Shown here piece by piece: positions 38,586-49,720 of a stretch of DNA of 64,000 bases. The notes beneath the pieces are model-generated. The model did not search any database and was not told the origin of the DNA. It saw nothing but the letters and a program-made list of their open reading frames with translations. Position 1 is the first letter of the stretch, and the number at the start of each line of letters is the position of its first letter. Source of the stretch: Octopus bimaculoides. Lineage: Eukaryota. Location of the stretch: assembly GCF_001194135.2 (NCBI RefSeq), contig NC_068983.1, forward strand, positions 66,633,798-66,697,797. The letters are read 5' to 3'. The translations under genes and the position numbers were made by a program.

Positions 38586-39850
38586 CAGGGGTTGGACAAA
38601 ATAATGGAAACACCTTAAAATTTCAAACAAATTTATTTTAATATGGGGTAGGACTGCTTTCACAGTAATTACAGCTTGAATTCTATGAGGTATGGACTCG
38701 TACAAAGTTTGAATTGTTTCCAAAGGAATTTTTGTCCATTCTTCAGCTAAAACAGTCTGCAGTTCTTGTAGTGATGATGGTGGAGGATATCAACTCCTTA
38801 CTTGTTTTTATAAAATGCACCATAAATGTTCAATAATATTGAGATCTGAGGACTGTGGTGGCCAGATAAGATGTTCAACCTCACTAGAATGTTCCTCATG
38901 CCATTCAATAACAAATTTAGCAGTGTGAATTGGTGCATTATCGTCCTGAAAGATTGCATTTTCCCCCGGAAACAGTTCTGCAACCATAGGATGAATTTGA
39001 TCAGGATATAGTTTTGATTATTAATTCTGCCATGAAGGGAAACCATTGGGCCAGCAGATTTCCAAGATCTGCACCCCACCCTCCAGATCATCACAGATCC
39101 TCCTCCATTTTTAACATTTGGAAGAAGGCAGTCTGGGTCAAATGCTTCTTTTGGCTGTCTCCACACATATACTCAGCTGGTGGTCAGAAATAGGGTAAAG
39201 AATGACTTGTCCAAGAAAATAACCTTCTTCCACTGCTTAGGGACCAATTCTGTAGGATTTTACTCTACTCTAAAAACTTTGCAATGTTTATTTTTGAAAG
39301 TAGTGGTTTTTTTATGGCAGCCCTCCTGTGAAATGCAGCTTTGTGCAGCTCCCAGCAAGCAGTTTTTGTGGAAATTGTGTTCTCAAGGTGGTTATTAAGC
39401 TCTGCAGTAATTTTGTGAGCTATTCTTTTGTGGTCCTTTCTAACAATTTGTGTAAGAGTCTGACAGTCCCTATCTGAAAGTTTTGGATTTCTTCCAGAGT
39501 TTTCTTTTGATGAGGAGGTTTTTCCCTCTTTCTCAAAGGCTTTCATTACTTTCAAGACTGTACTTCTTGATACAATAAGCATTTCAGCTGTTTCCGTTAC
39601 CCTAGCACCTGCCATACAAGCACCAACAATTTGACCTCTTTGAAAGTCCGATATATCAGTCATTTTAATGAATTTTAATTACCTTTTTCTGATGATATCT
39701 GAAAAGAAACAGCAATTTTAGCAAAGCATATTAAGCAACACTAATAATAAATAAAAAAAACATAAAAATAAACAAGCTTTTGACAGTTTTATAGATATTT
39801 CAAAATTACGCAACTATGATGCTAGGTATTTCCATTATTTTGTCTGACCC

Positions 39851-39853
<3 letters not shown>
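38586..39853 (-). mobile_element. Full-length but inactivated Tc1-family transposon (1268 bp, 30-bp TIRs, TA TSD), DD36E spacing
   Basis: TIRs caggggttggacaaaataatggaaacacct (38586-38615) / aggtatttccattattttgtctgacccctg (39824-39853), TA on both sides. Paired-like HTH MTDISDFQRGQIVG... (39663-39265); FQDDNAPIH...[15 protein letters not shown]. Confidence 0.93.
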
Positions 39854-39879
<26 letters not shown>

Positions 39880-39881
<2 letters not shown>

Positions 39882-40560
39882 CCATCATCATCATTGTTTA
39901 ACATCCATGTTCCATGCTGGCATGGGTTGGACAGTTTGACAGGATCTGATGAGTCCTAGGACTGCATCATGTTCCAATGTCTGCTTTGGCATGGTCACAA
40001 TGACTGGATGTCCTTCCGAATGTCATACTTAACAGTATGTACTGGGTACACTTTTTTTTGTGTCACATGCACTACTGAGGTTGGCAAGCAACTTTCAGGA
40101 CTTTGAACCCTGAGGAAGGTGTGGTGTCAGCTTCATGCTAGGGGAATAAGGGGTTAAACTATGAGAAGAGGAAGTTAGAGCAGGTTCTTGTAGAGGATCT
40201 GCATGTCTATTCACATTTGGTTGAAAGGGGAGAGAAAGAAAAGAAAAAAACGATCTGTAGGAGCTACAAAGAAGTAGATATTAAGAATGAAATGCTCATG
40301 TGACCCCACAGAGCACAAAATGAGTAGAAGTTGGAGGGTTGGTGTTTTGGCAAGATTATATGGGGAGCAGAAAATGAGTGGATGGGGAGACAGACTGTAA
40401 AATTTGGGTAGGATTAAAGGTTGGACGAACTATATGCCGTAAGTTAAGGAAGATAGAATATTGCAGAAGTGAGCAGGGTGGGGTGACCAGCTAGCAGGAT
40501 AACAATGATAATACAATGGGTATGGGGAAGATGAGAAAGAAATGATATGGTTGGGTATTC
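39880..40560 (-). mobile_element. RTE 3' tail plus 3' UTR fragment
   Basis: catcatcatt gtttaacatccatgttccatgctggcatgggttggacagtttgac... is the reverse complement of the (GAT)n-ending tail at 54100-54183. Confidence 0.65.
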
Positions 40561-41619
40561 TATCATCTATTATGATATATACTGTGTAGTGATACATTCA
40601 TAAATAGTGATACCCTTTCAACTTTTTCACTGAGTTCTGTTTTGAAAGACCTCATTTGTTACTGCTTCATTTTAAATTTATGTCAGCTAAATGCTTATTC
40701 TTTTGGAATTTTCTTTTTATTATAAGTGTTAATTAATGCTATCTGAAAGAATGTCTTTGAGACTACTATTTCATTAAAAAATCTTAGTTCAGGATCTGCT
40801 GCATAGTTTTCAGTACTTGATGCTTCCAAAGTTTTCTTCAGATGAAAATCTATATCGTTTAGAAAAAGATATTACACTTTTAAACTACTAATATGTGAAA
40901 ACTGCTTTATGGAAAAGATAATATTGCTATTTTTTAATCAATACTACAAATATTTTATTGTAAAAAAACTGAAGATATCAGTAAATACTAATAAAGCATT
41001 TTGATTGGGATTGCACAAGGGTTCTTTTAAGTAGTTTATTTTTATTTTAGTGGCTTTGATAATTCAAGTAAGGTAACTCATTCCATTGACACACATGCAT
41101 TTGCATGCTGACTTTTAAACTCATGTAAATAAACATGACAGTCACAGAATTCAAGGCAAATGTTAATAGTATATGTGCAGATACAGAGGAGAAATTTGAC
41201 CATCTTCAAATAACTCCACTAAATGATTCAGGTGCAAATAAACATCAAGCCAATCACAAACCACGCACTGTTACAGGAAAACTTACTTCTGACAAGGCGA
41301 GAACTTCCTTCTTGTCTGGTACAAAATTTTAGGACTGCCACCTTAACATTAGTACAAAGAAATGAATGTCTGGAGATATTGTAAAGGTATGAGAAAGGAG
41401 ACAGTAAGATGTGTAAGCATCAACCAGGCTCTTCACAAGCAAAGAATACAGGAACAAATACTTCTGAATAGGTGATAACTTTGGGGTAGGAGTAACAAGG
41501 GTTATTGTACAGAAATGGATACAATAATTGAAGTAGAGAAATGGGAAAACATAATTAAGCATAGTATAGTCACAGGCAGCACAACGGCAATGAAGCAGAA
41601 TCAAGCAGAAAATATAATG

Positions 41620-41880
41620 GTGCTATGCTATTGAAAAGAGCACTAAAAAAACTAGAAGACAGACTTGGAAAGAATGGTAAAAAGGGAAAAGAAAGGATCA
41701 GTACTAAATATCTTAGAGAAGTTAGACATCAGGTATACTTGGTAAGGAGGAAAACTGGAAGTAAGAAGTTTGCTTATGTTTTACAGTGTGAGAATAAAAG
41801 ATGTAAAGTGTTTAAATTGCAAAGCCGCAATATTGGTGTAAATCAGGACATTTATTTTCATAATATTTGTCCAGTATGAT
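41620..41880 (+). mobile_element. Degenerate RTE LINE fragment (EN-RT linker)
   Basis: VRHQVYLVRRKTGSKKFAYVLQCENKRCKVFKLQ...NQDI, homologous to the reverse complement of 46620-46720. Confidence 0.55.
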
Positions 41881-44800
41881 AACAACATAACTGACTTCAC
41901 CAAGAAGAGAAATTCATAGAAATTCTACTTCAGAATTTGCTGAAAGAGGAGTGTGTGTGTGTGTGTGTGGGTTGTCTAATCAATATTGCAAAAGTATAGC
42001 AGTCAGAGAAAGAAGTGGATGTATAACACCAGTGAACTAATATCACATTTATTTATATTTTATACAGACTCATGTATAATGCTTGTCACTATATATGGCA
42101 ATTAAATGCTTGAGAAAAATATGTTACATGTATAAATGGTCTAACTTTTCTTTAAAATAATCTTTGAGAAATAATCTAAAAAAAGTGAAATCAGCATTAA
42201 TGGGATGGGAAATGTAAAAAAATGACATACATTTCTTATATTACCAAAACAAATATTATGAAGCACTTTTTATTTCTATTTATTTTTTTGAAAGTTTGTT
42301 TTGATTTCTAAGTTTGGGTATTGAGGATTCTCTGTTAAATATGACTGAATTTCATTATATACATTTGGTCGTCTTGATTTTGTTTAATTCTTGTTGAAAA
42401 CCAGACATATGTCTCCAGTTATAAACTGCCTTACTTTCATTTTTTTTTTGTAATGGTTACTTTAAGCAAAGAAATCAAATGTGTCTTGTTTTCAACAACA
42501 CTAGCTTAATAAGTTAACTAAATGATTTTAATGATAGCGTTGAGGAATGAAAGAACAAAAGTATTTTTTAATTATGCAATGTGTATATATAATGTAATAT
42601 AATGTTAAAATTATTTAAAATAAGCAGAAATTTTTTAATGTAAATATTATGTATATTAAATATTAAACAATATATATTGCTTGTGCTGCTTCTAATTCAT
42701 ATTTGAATTAAATGATATATTGATCAGATGTTTACAGCTGGAATAACTTTGTGTTATTACCTTATTATACATGTTGGTCACTGAAAAACAAAATTTTAAG
42801 GTTTATATGTTCTTGTAGCAGCATATGTACACAATCTGAAATATGTCGTAGTGTATATACAGAAAATAAGTACACTTTGTAATTTTGCAGTTTCCATTTC
42901 ACCATTTTTATCTGAATTATTTTGATTTATTAGTAAAATAGTAAACAACAATGGTATGCTCATAAGATAGTATCACATAAGGTAAACAACCTTGAGTGAT
43001 ATAATGTTATGGGCACACTTATATGATTTGATCTTATGGCACATTTATAAGATATGACGAACATTTAATGAAGTGTCACTATCATTCAAAAATCTAACTA
43101 TATCATAGTGATTCAATTTCTTCAATACATATTGGTTAGCTTTGACAATCGATATAAGTTATGGTTAAGTACTTACACATGGAAAAATGGGTAACATTAA
43201 GTTCTCATGTATAATATGCACCCATAATTTTTAGATTTAAAAATATGATGGGTGGGGATGTGAACATTATGTAGGAATAAATACAATACTTCTCTTAGTA
43301 ACAAAGCAATTCTCTCTTATATACAAAGTGTGATATTGCAAAGCATGTAAAGCATTGAGAAGGGCTGGGAAAAAGATGAAGCAAGCATAGTGAGAGAGAG
43401 AAAGAAGAAATAATAACATCCTGGTCAACATCAATCCCCTCAGTATTATTTTTGTCTTGCTTGTCCAAAACAGTGAGTTTTCTTCAGTACAGCATGTTGC
43501 CTATTGTCATGGTCAGTTACCCTCCCCTATTGTATATTTTATACTAAGATTGACATACATATCTGTTTGTGTTTAAAAAACCTGAAAATAAAGCACCCTG
43601 TTGAGAGCAACTGTAATTTAGCAGGTGGTATTACATATTTACTAATGCTGTAAAAGACCATTTTTTTTAAAGACTGTTTTTGATCTGCTTATCACAAGAA
43701 TAATCACTTTGTTCTAGAACAAAACTGCAAATTCATTAACTTGTTTATTATTTGGAATAAACTTGCTAAAGAATCAACTACTGACATTTTGAATACAAGG
43801 TTTAATGTATCTGAACATATGCTGAATATTGATTATAAATCAAAATTGTTTTTGATTTAGATAAATTTTTGGTTACAGATGTCACTTTTTATCTATCAAA
43901 ATTTCAAAATATCAACCAATTAATGCTAAAACTGTCTTCTAGGTAAGTTAATTATTAATGAAAGAATTGAATATCTGTTGTTTCTGTTATTACTGTTGGA
44001 TTTAAAGGTTAAAATGTGTAGAGTTTATGGTAACTGATGAAGAGCATGTTAATGATAAGTCTGCTAATTTATTTGGTCATAAGAGTACTGAAGTTTCTGT
44101 TTCAGTATATTTGGGATAATTCAGCATGATATAGTGTATCCTCTCTAAGTTTTACTTGAGTGAGTTTTTGTATTTAACTCAACTCTCCAGACTTTGTGTT
44201 ACTTAGAACAAATAGTTTGATTAGCTGTTGAGAGTCAAACATAGCATTAAACCAGTTATAATACACAAACTAATGACCCTATGGCTTAACCATCTATGAC
44301 ATTCTGATATTCCAATGAAGAACAGTCAAAGACTGTAGTGATGTATCTACCAACATTGTCTTCCATTACTCTCTGCCATGACTGTTTCTTCTTTCTTACC
44401 GGCTTTCAACACTGATCCTCTCTTCTGCCACCTTCTTCACCATGCTTTTGTCCAAAGCATTCTTCCATACTCCCACTCACTCTGGTTCTCTCTCTGCTCC
44501 TTTCACTTTTGGCTACATTTCTTTGAACAAATAGAGATACTGTAGAGCAAAGCGTTGTACCATGATAAAATGCATCTATTACAATATTGGTTTGAGAGGG
44601 CCATCTAGTCTGATTGAAGACATAACACTCTAGTTTTGCTTCCACAATAAAATGTACTCAATACATTCTGAAAGTTTCAGGAACAGCATTATGCTATAGA
44701 CACTATGCATACATGAAACATACAAACGTGTTTTGACCTTCCAACCATCTAGAAGAATCGATCTGAGAGGGTGGATAGTCACTATAGCAGCACTGATGTA

Positions 44801-44934
44801 AGCAGGAATGGTTTTCCTGTCAGTGAAAAGTAAGTTTCATAAGATTAGACTGAAGTATAATCTATAAGAGATGGCTTAGAGAAAAGATTTTACGAGCCAA
44901 ATTTTGCCAAAAGTTTCATAGATATCAATTGCTG

Positions 44935-45165
44935 CACATTATTTACATTATTTACAAATATTTGTCCTCATCTTGTTTGTTGTTATCCCGACGTTTCAGC
45001 TGATATGCCCTCCAGCCTTCATCAGGTGTCTTGGAGAAATTTTGAACCTGGTTCTCATTCCTAGGGTAATTTTTTATGTTGTTATTATTATTATTATTCA
45101 GGTCACTGCCTAGAATCGAACTCAGAATTTTGGGGTTAGTAGCTCGCACTCTTAACCACTATGCC
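44935..45165 (-). mobile_element. Short element: tRNA-like Pol III head + (AAT)n + hammerhead-containing PLE-type tail (candidate SINE)
   Basis: Minus strand: GGCATAGTGGTTAAGAGTGCG (A-box-like)...GAGTTCGATTCT (B-box-like) AGGCAGTGACCTG (AAT)n ...GAACCAGGTTCAAAATTTCTCCAA GACAC CTGATGA AGGCTG...CAGCT GAAAC GTC...ACAACAAACAAGATGAGGACAAAT. Confidence 0.75.
44985..45030 (-). ncRNA. Minimal type I hammerhead ribozyme, intact core, partly disrupted stem I
   Basis: GACAC CUGAUGA A GGCUG GAGGGCAUAU CAGCU GAAA C GUC|GGGAU. Complete CUGAUGA/GAAA core, 5-bp stem II, palindromic ACGU stem III, GUC triplet (cleavage predicted between 44990 and 44989). Stem I 3' strand GGGAU is mismatched versus GUGUU in the sister copy. 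Confidence 0.8.
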
Positions 45166-45284
45166 TGTCGGCAATTATGGAGTTTATTTTAGGGTTTATA
45201 AATCTAATATTTTCCTATCCTTCCTTAATACCGGTTCCCATATGCTGTTCATATCTGCACTCAGTCTGCTTAGGAGGTTGTGGT

Positions 45285-45297
45285 GTCCAGGCAGTGA

Positions 45298-45335
<38 letters not shown>

Positions 45336-45470
45336 TCGAAATCTCCCCAAGACACCTGATAAAGGCTGAAGGGTATATCAGCCGAAATGTTGTGTTAACA
45401 ACAAACAAGATGAGGACAAATATCCGTCAATAATGTACTTAATTCCTCATCTCTTAAATATAGAACTGTA
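45285..45470 (+). mobile_element. Second, inverted, 5'-truncated copy of the tRNA-head/hammerhead element
   Basis: ccaggcagtgacctg (aat)n atcgaaatctccccaagacacctgataaaggctg...cagccgaaatgttgtgttaacaacaaacaagatgaggacaaatatccg; reverse-complement homolog of 44935-45112. Confidence 0.8.
45351..45396 (+). ncRNA. Minimal type I hammerhead ribozyme (G8A variant), intact stems
   Basis: GACAC CUGAUAA A GGCUG AAGGGUAUAU CAGCC GAAA UG UU|GUGUU. Perfect 5-bp stem II and 5-bp stem I (GACAC/GUGUU); core reads CUGAUAA. Confidence 0.75.
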
Positions 45471-46435
45471 TTATGCTGCAGTCTTAGTTTCAACGTGTTT
45501 CTTATAACTAGATTATGGAAAATATATAACTTGGGTGTTTTCCAGGATCTATACTAGTCATTTTCTTTTAATCTTGCTATAGACAAATCCCATTGTGTTT
45601 AAACTTGAAAAAAGAGAATGCATGTTCTACTTTAAAGTTAAAATTTCGTGTAGCACATGTGATGATATACTCTGTTTAGAACTTTCAGTTATGTATTATT
45701 ATTCCTGTATTATATGCCTCTTGTTGAACTATTTGCTAGATATTAAATCTCATCTTTGTTGATTGTTTACCTCATAATGGTATAGTTTCCTTCTTGCTTA
45801 ATATTTTGTTTATGAATGATATTAAATGACCTGAAGATATTTTAAACAATTATTTTATATCTATTTTAGAAAGAGATTTGATTTTTATATTAAATCTTTC
45901 TCCTTTTCTTACTTTCTTTTCTGATTTATTAAAAAATTTTCCCTAAATATTATTCTTTTGTTTGAAATGCTTAACAATGAGAGACATAGTCTAAAAAATG
46001 TTATGATTCCATACTTTTCTGAAGTGAGAACATGTGTTTTACATTATTTTTTGTAACATTTAAATGTAAGCAATACCTTATTTAAATTGACAATTTATAT
46101 TTCTGAGTGTTTCTTTTTTCTTTAAAACTAGCAATTTCCATTGATCCAAAAATGCTTTCACATTCAAGAATTATTTCATTACATGGATTTGTTTTGTTTC
46201 CAAGTTAAATTAAAACCAAATAACCAAGAATTTCTTTCTGACTGCTATTTGGGTTGGGGATTAAAAAAGAACATCAATTGCATTTTTTTTACCTCTTTTG
46301 TGAACAACCATACAATCAACACATTCATATAAATTGTAACGATGTGACTTATTTATCAAATTGCTTTCACTTTTGAGTCAATTTGATCAGTTGTTTATTT
46401 TGTTGGATTTTATTCATTGGTAGTTTCTTTTGTAA

Positions 46436-46605
46436 TATCATTATCAGCACCAGCAGCAGCATCATTTAACGTCTGTTTTCCATGCTGGCATGGGTTGGCT
46501 GGTTTGACTGAGGTTTGGAGTGCCAGTGACTGCACCAGGCTCCAATCTGATCTGGCAATGTTTCTACTGCTGGATACCATTTCTAATGCCAGCCACTCCA
46601 CACTG
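46436..46605 (-). mobile_element. RTE-type 3' tail / SINE fragment
   Basis: catcatttaacgtctgttttccatgctggcatgggttggc...gactgcaccaggctccaatctgatctggcaatgtttctac. Confidence 0.85.
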
Positions 46606-47510
46606 ACTTACAATCTGAAATGCTTCAGCTCTTTGGTCCTCATATCGCTGGACTTTGGCAAACTTCTTTTCTGCTTCATCCTTGGCTATCTATACCTGTC
46701 GCCCAGCTTCCCTTCTGGCTATCTGGAACAGTTCCCTACTACCCCACCCTTCCAAGCTTTCCAGGCCTGTTTCTTGGCTCTAATGGCTTTGTCTACCGCA
46801 TTATTCCACTACCACATTACTCTAGGTCTGGAAGGAACTTTGCACCATCCACAGACTTGGCCTGTGGCACTCAGTAAGCTGTCTCATAGGAATTTCCAGC
46901 TGCCTTCTATGTCCGAGGTCTGTAGCTCCTCCTCCCTCTCATCAAATTTCTTGATGAGGATGTCCCTAAATTTCTGACCATGTGAAGGGTTCTTTAGCTT
47001 CCAAATCCTTCTCTTCTGGATTCGTCTGCTTCTTGGCATCCTTCTGGCCTCGAGTCTTAAGTCACACTAATGACTAGTGTATGCTGAGAGGTACATTCTT
47101 CACCTGAGAGGGTCTTTGTATTTAAGAGCAACCCTGTGTCCCGCGGTCTGGTGAGAATGAAATCAATCTGGCTAGCAGAGTCACCTGATTGATAGGTTAT
47201 CAGGTGGCTGTCTGAAGTTAGTGTTGCAGATTAAAAGGTTACATGCATCACAGAACTCCAGTAGCCTATTTCCTTCATCATTTTGGGAGCCTATACCATG
47301 GCTTCCGTGTACACCAGTAAAGATACTGGATTGCCACCCAACATGCCCATTAAAACCTCCAGCCGCAAAGATGAGGTCATTGTCACTTATCTTTGAGGTA
47401 GCCTGTAGATGGGTATCATAAAAATGGTCCTTTTGATCATTTGGTAGGCCCACTTGTGGGGCGTGGGCAGAGATAATTGTAGCTGTGCTGTTCTGCAAAA
47501 AGGTGTGCAT
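46606..47510 (-). mobile_element. RTE LINE fragment: apurinic endonuclease domain and linker
   Basis: TIISAHAPQVGLPNDQKDHFYD...LIFAAGGFNGHVG...NDEGNRLLEFCDACNLLICNTNF (ORF 47181-47510), then IWKLK...WWNNAVDKAIRAKKQAWKAWK-like linker. Confidence 0.9.
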
Positions 47511-48271
47511 TATTCATGTATTTATGTATTGCATTATTTATGTATTGTAATTCCTGAAAATAAAGCTTCTAAAGAAAATTTTTAATATAAGATATACAGT
47601 ATGTTATTCTAAAGTTTTTGAACATATCCACCTATTTCCTTATTTCAGCTTGTAGCAGTTAATAAAAGCTGTGAACATTGCCTTTCCTCTTTTGAACTAA
47701 CTAATTGAAAGATACATTAATAGTAACTGTCTATTCAAATATTTCAGATATCTTTAATTTAGAAAGTGCTTTGACTGATTGTTTTTTCAAATGAAACCTA
47801 GTTTACTATTTACTGATTATTCAAAAGGTTTTTGTGTGAAATATAATCTATAAAGTAATTTATTTTACCAGTATACAAAAGAACACTTAATGATTAGCTT
47901 AATCAGAGAAAAAAAAATTGAAGAATTAATCATTTGAACATTCCCGACCCCATTGAAATATAAATACATCCTCTTCAATTAGTGGCATCAAACATATCTT
48001 AAAGGATATACTTTTCATATTGTTATATAAACAGTTGAAACACTGTCCAATGAAATTTCTAAATCTATCACATATTAGAATATTTTCTCTGTAGACAGAT
48101 AAAAAAAATATTTGAGGTTTATTAGTTAAATATATTAAATAGATAATATTTTTGCTTGATGCTTGACATATTTATTTACAAACACAAATATTTCAGTGAA
48201 CTCTGTTTACCATATTGCTTGGAACAAACATTTACATTTATTGTCTCATTGATTATGTCTTTTCAAAGAAT

Positions 48272-48276
<5 letters not shown>

Positions 48277-48330
<54 letters not shown>
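48277..48330. repeat. (CA)n(TA)n microsatellite
   Basis: acacac run followed by atatat. Confidence 0.95.
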
Positions 48331-49538
48331 GAATCTGAAGTTATAAATAATGTATAAGAGACAGTGTATACAACTGACCAAATATGTGGCTAAAGAAAAG
48401 TGCTGATATTCTATTATAGTATCTAAAGTTTGAGCAGACTGGAAGATGTCTAGTGAGTTGTTGAGTCTATTTGTTACTAAATAATTATGTTTCTGTAATA
48501 AATGTAGGTTATATTATTGATGTCAGCTGTGTATTGCAGAACGACAAAAGAACTTCAGTTGTAAAATCAAATAACAAGCAGCAATTGGTGAAAAACTAGA
48601 TTGATCCTTGTCATATACCTTGTGCATAATTTAAGTGCAAATAAAATGAGAACTCCATTGAGTATCAAAATCAACTGTTGATACGGACATAATCTGCAAG
48701 CAGATAATACCATGAATTTTTTAATCAAATACAAATATTTTCAAACCTACAATATTTTGGTATAAACCAGGAAACAGAAAAGGGAGATGTAAAAGGAGCA
48801 GGGATGTCTAGAACAACTAACATCAACCAATTTGAATACAAGTTTACTACAACATTCTGGAAATCAATTAGATAAATATTATTTATTGGATTATTTTGGA
48901 TGAGCTAACAGAAATATAAGTGTAACTGCATTGGCTGTGAAAAGTGAAATAATAAAACAATGAAACTATAGTCAAATATTGGGAAAAGTTAAATAGACTT
49001 GGTGAACAAAAATAGTGTAGACTAAATTGATTAAAGGAAGTCAGAAGTGATAGAATTATAGTTTAGTTCAATCGTTTTCTTAAACTTACTATTCTCAAAA
49101 ATGTCTTTCAGTACCTTATGTTTATACTTCATTATCTTTTAAATCCTTTGTTATAAACGTTTTAAAACTACCATCCTGGCATTATTTTATACGAAAAACA
49201 CTTCTTTCTTCTTAGTTGAGAAAGGAATTATTATGGTTAGAGTGTTAGTGAAAAAATATTGATGTGCGGCTGAACTTTATCTTTGCTTCTTCATAGACTA
49301 TATGCTCTGCTTTAAATATTTTTACTAATCTGACAATAATAATGACCTCAAGTACTTATTTTAGGCAACTCTTTAGAACAGAACTTTAGCTCACAAAATT
49401 TGAGATACATAATTACTCTTACTAAGATGAATTTCTAACATTTGATTAAATGCTCTATGCACTTGACAATTGCTGTTATTCTTTACAAATTTTGCAGTCC
49501 TTTATTTTACATAAATACTTTTTTCTTCTGTTTTGCAG

Positions 49539-49720
49539 GCTTTGGGCTGAAGTATTTCGGGTTCATGGAGATGGGGAGTACATGCGATGGGAACGTGTAT
49601 CAGATGATGTGGTGCCTGTGAACATATCCTGTATTGAAGATACTCCGGACACAATATTTCAAATAACTGCTTACAATCGACATGTGGAGAAAATATTTGA
49701 TGTTAAAATAGTCCAGCCAG
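49539..49720 (+). CDS. sif: Internal coding exon, EVH1/WH1 domain (first part) of still life SIF type 1-like Rac GEF (TIAM family)
   Basis: Translates (R)LWAEVFRVHGDGEYMRWERVSDDVVPVNISCIEDTPDTIFQITAYNRHVEKIFDVKIVQP(G). This closely matches Drosophila SIF type 1 as I recall it (LWAEVFHV...WQQVSEDLVPVNITCIQDSPECIFHITAYNSQVDKILDVRLVQPG). Polypyrimidine tract + ttttgcAG acceptor ending 49538 (phase 2); GTAAGT donor at 49721 (phase 1). Confidence 0.93.

Noticed and set aside
39946-39968. CUGAUGAGUCC-UA-GGAC, resembling the Schistosoma hammerhead 5' core and stem II
   Set aside because: Followed by UGCAUC rather than GAAA; it lies in an RTE tail whose other copies lack the motif, so it is probably chance.
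41135-41332. 65-aa ORF (MTVTEFKANV...) as a host exon
   Set aside because: No recognisable domain or splice signals; adjacent to degenerate RTE sequence.
45095-45165. Functional tRNA gene (also the heads at 6888, 18500, 30375, 37320, 52856)
   Set aside because: A/B-box-like motifs only; acceptor and anticodon stems do not pair, and each head is attached to a repeat body.
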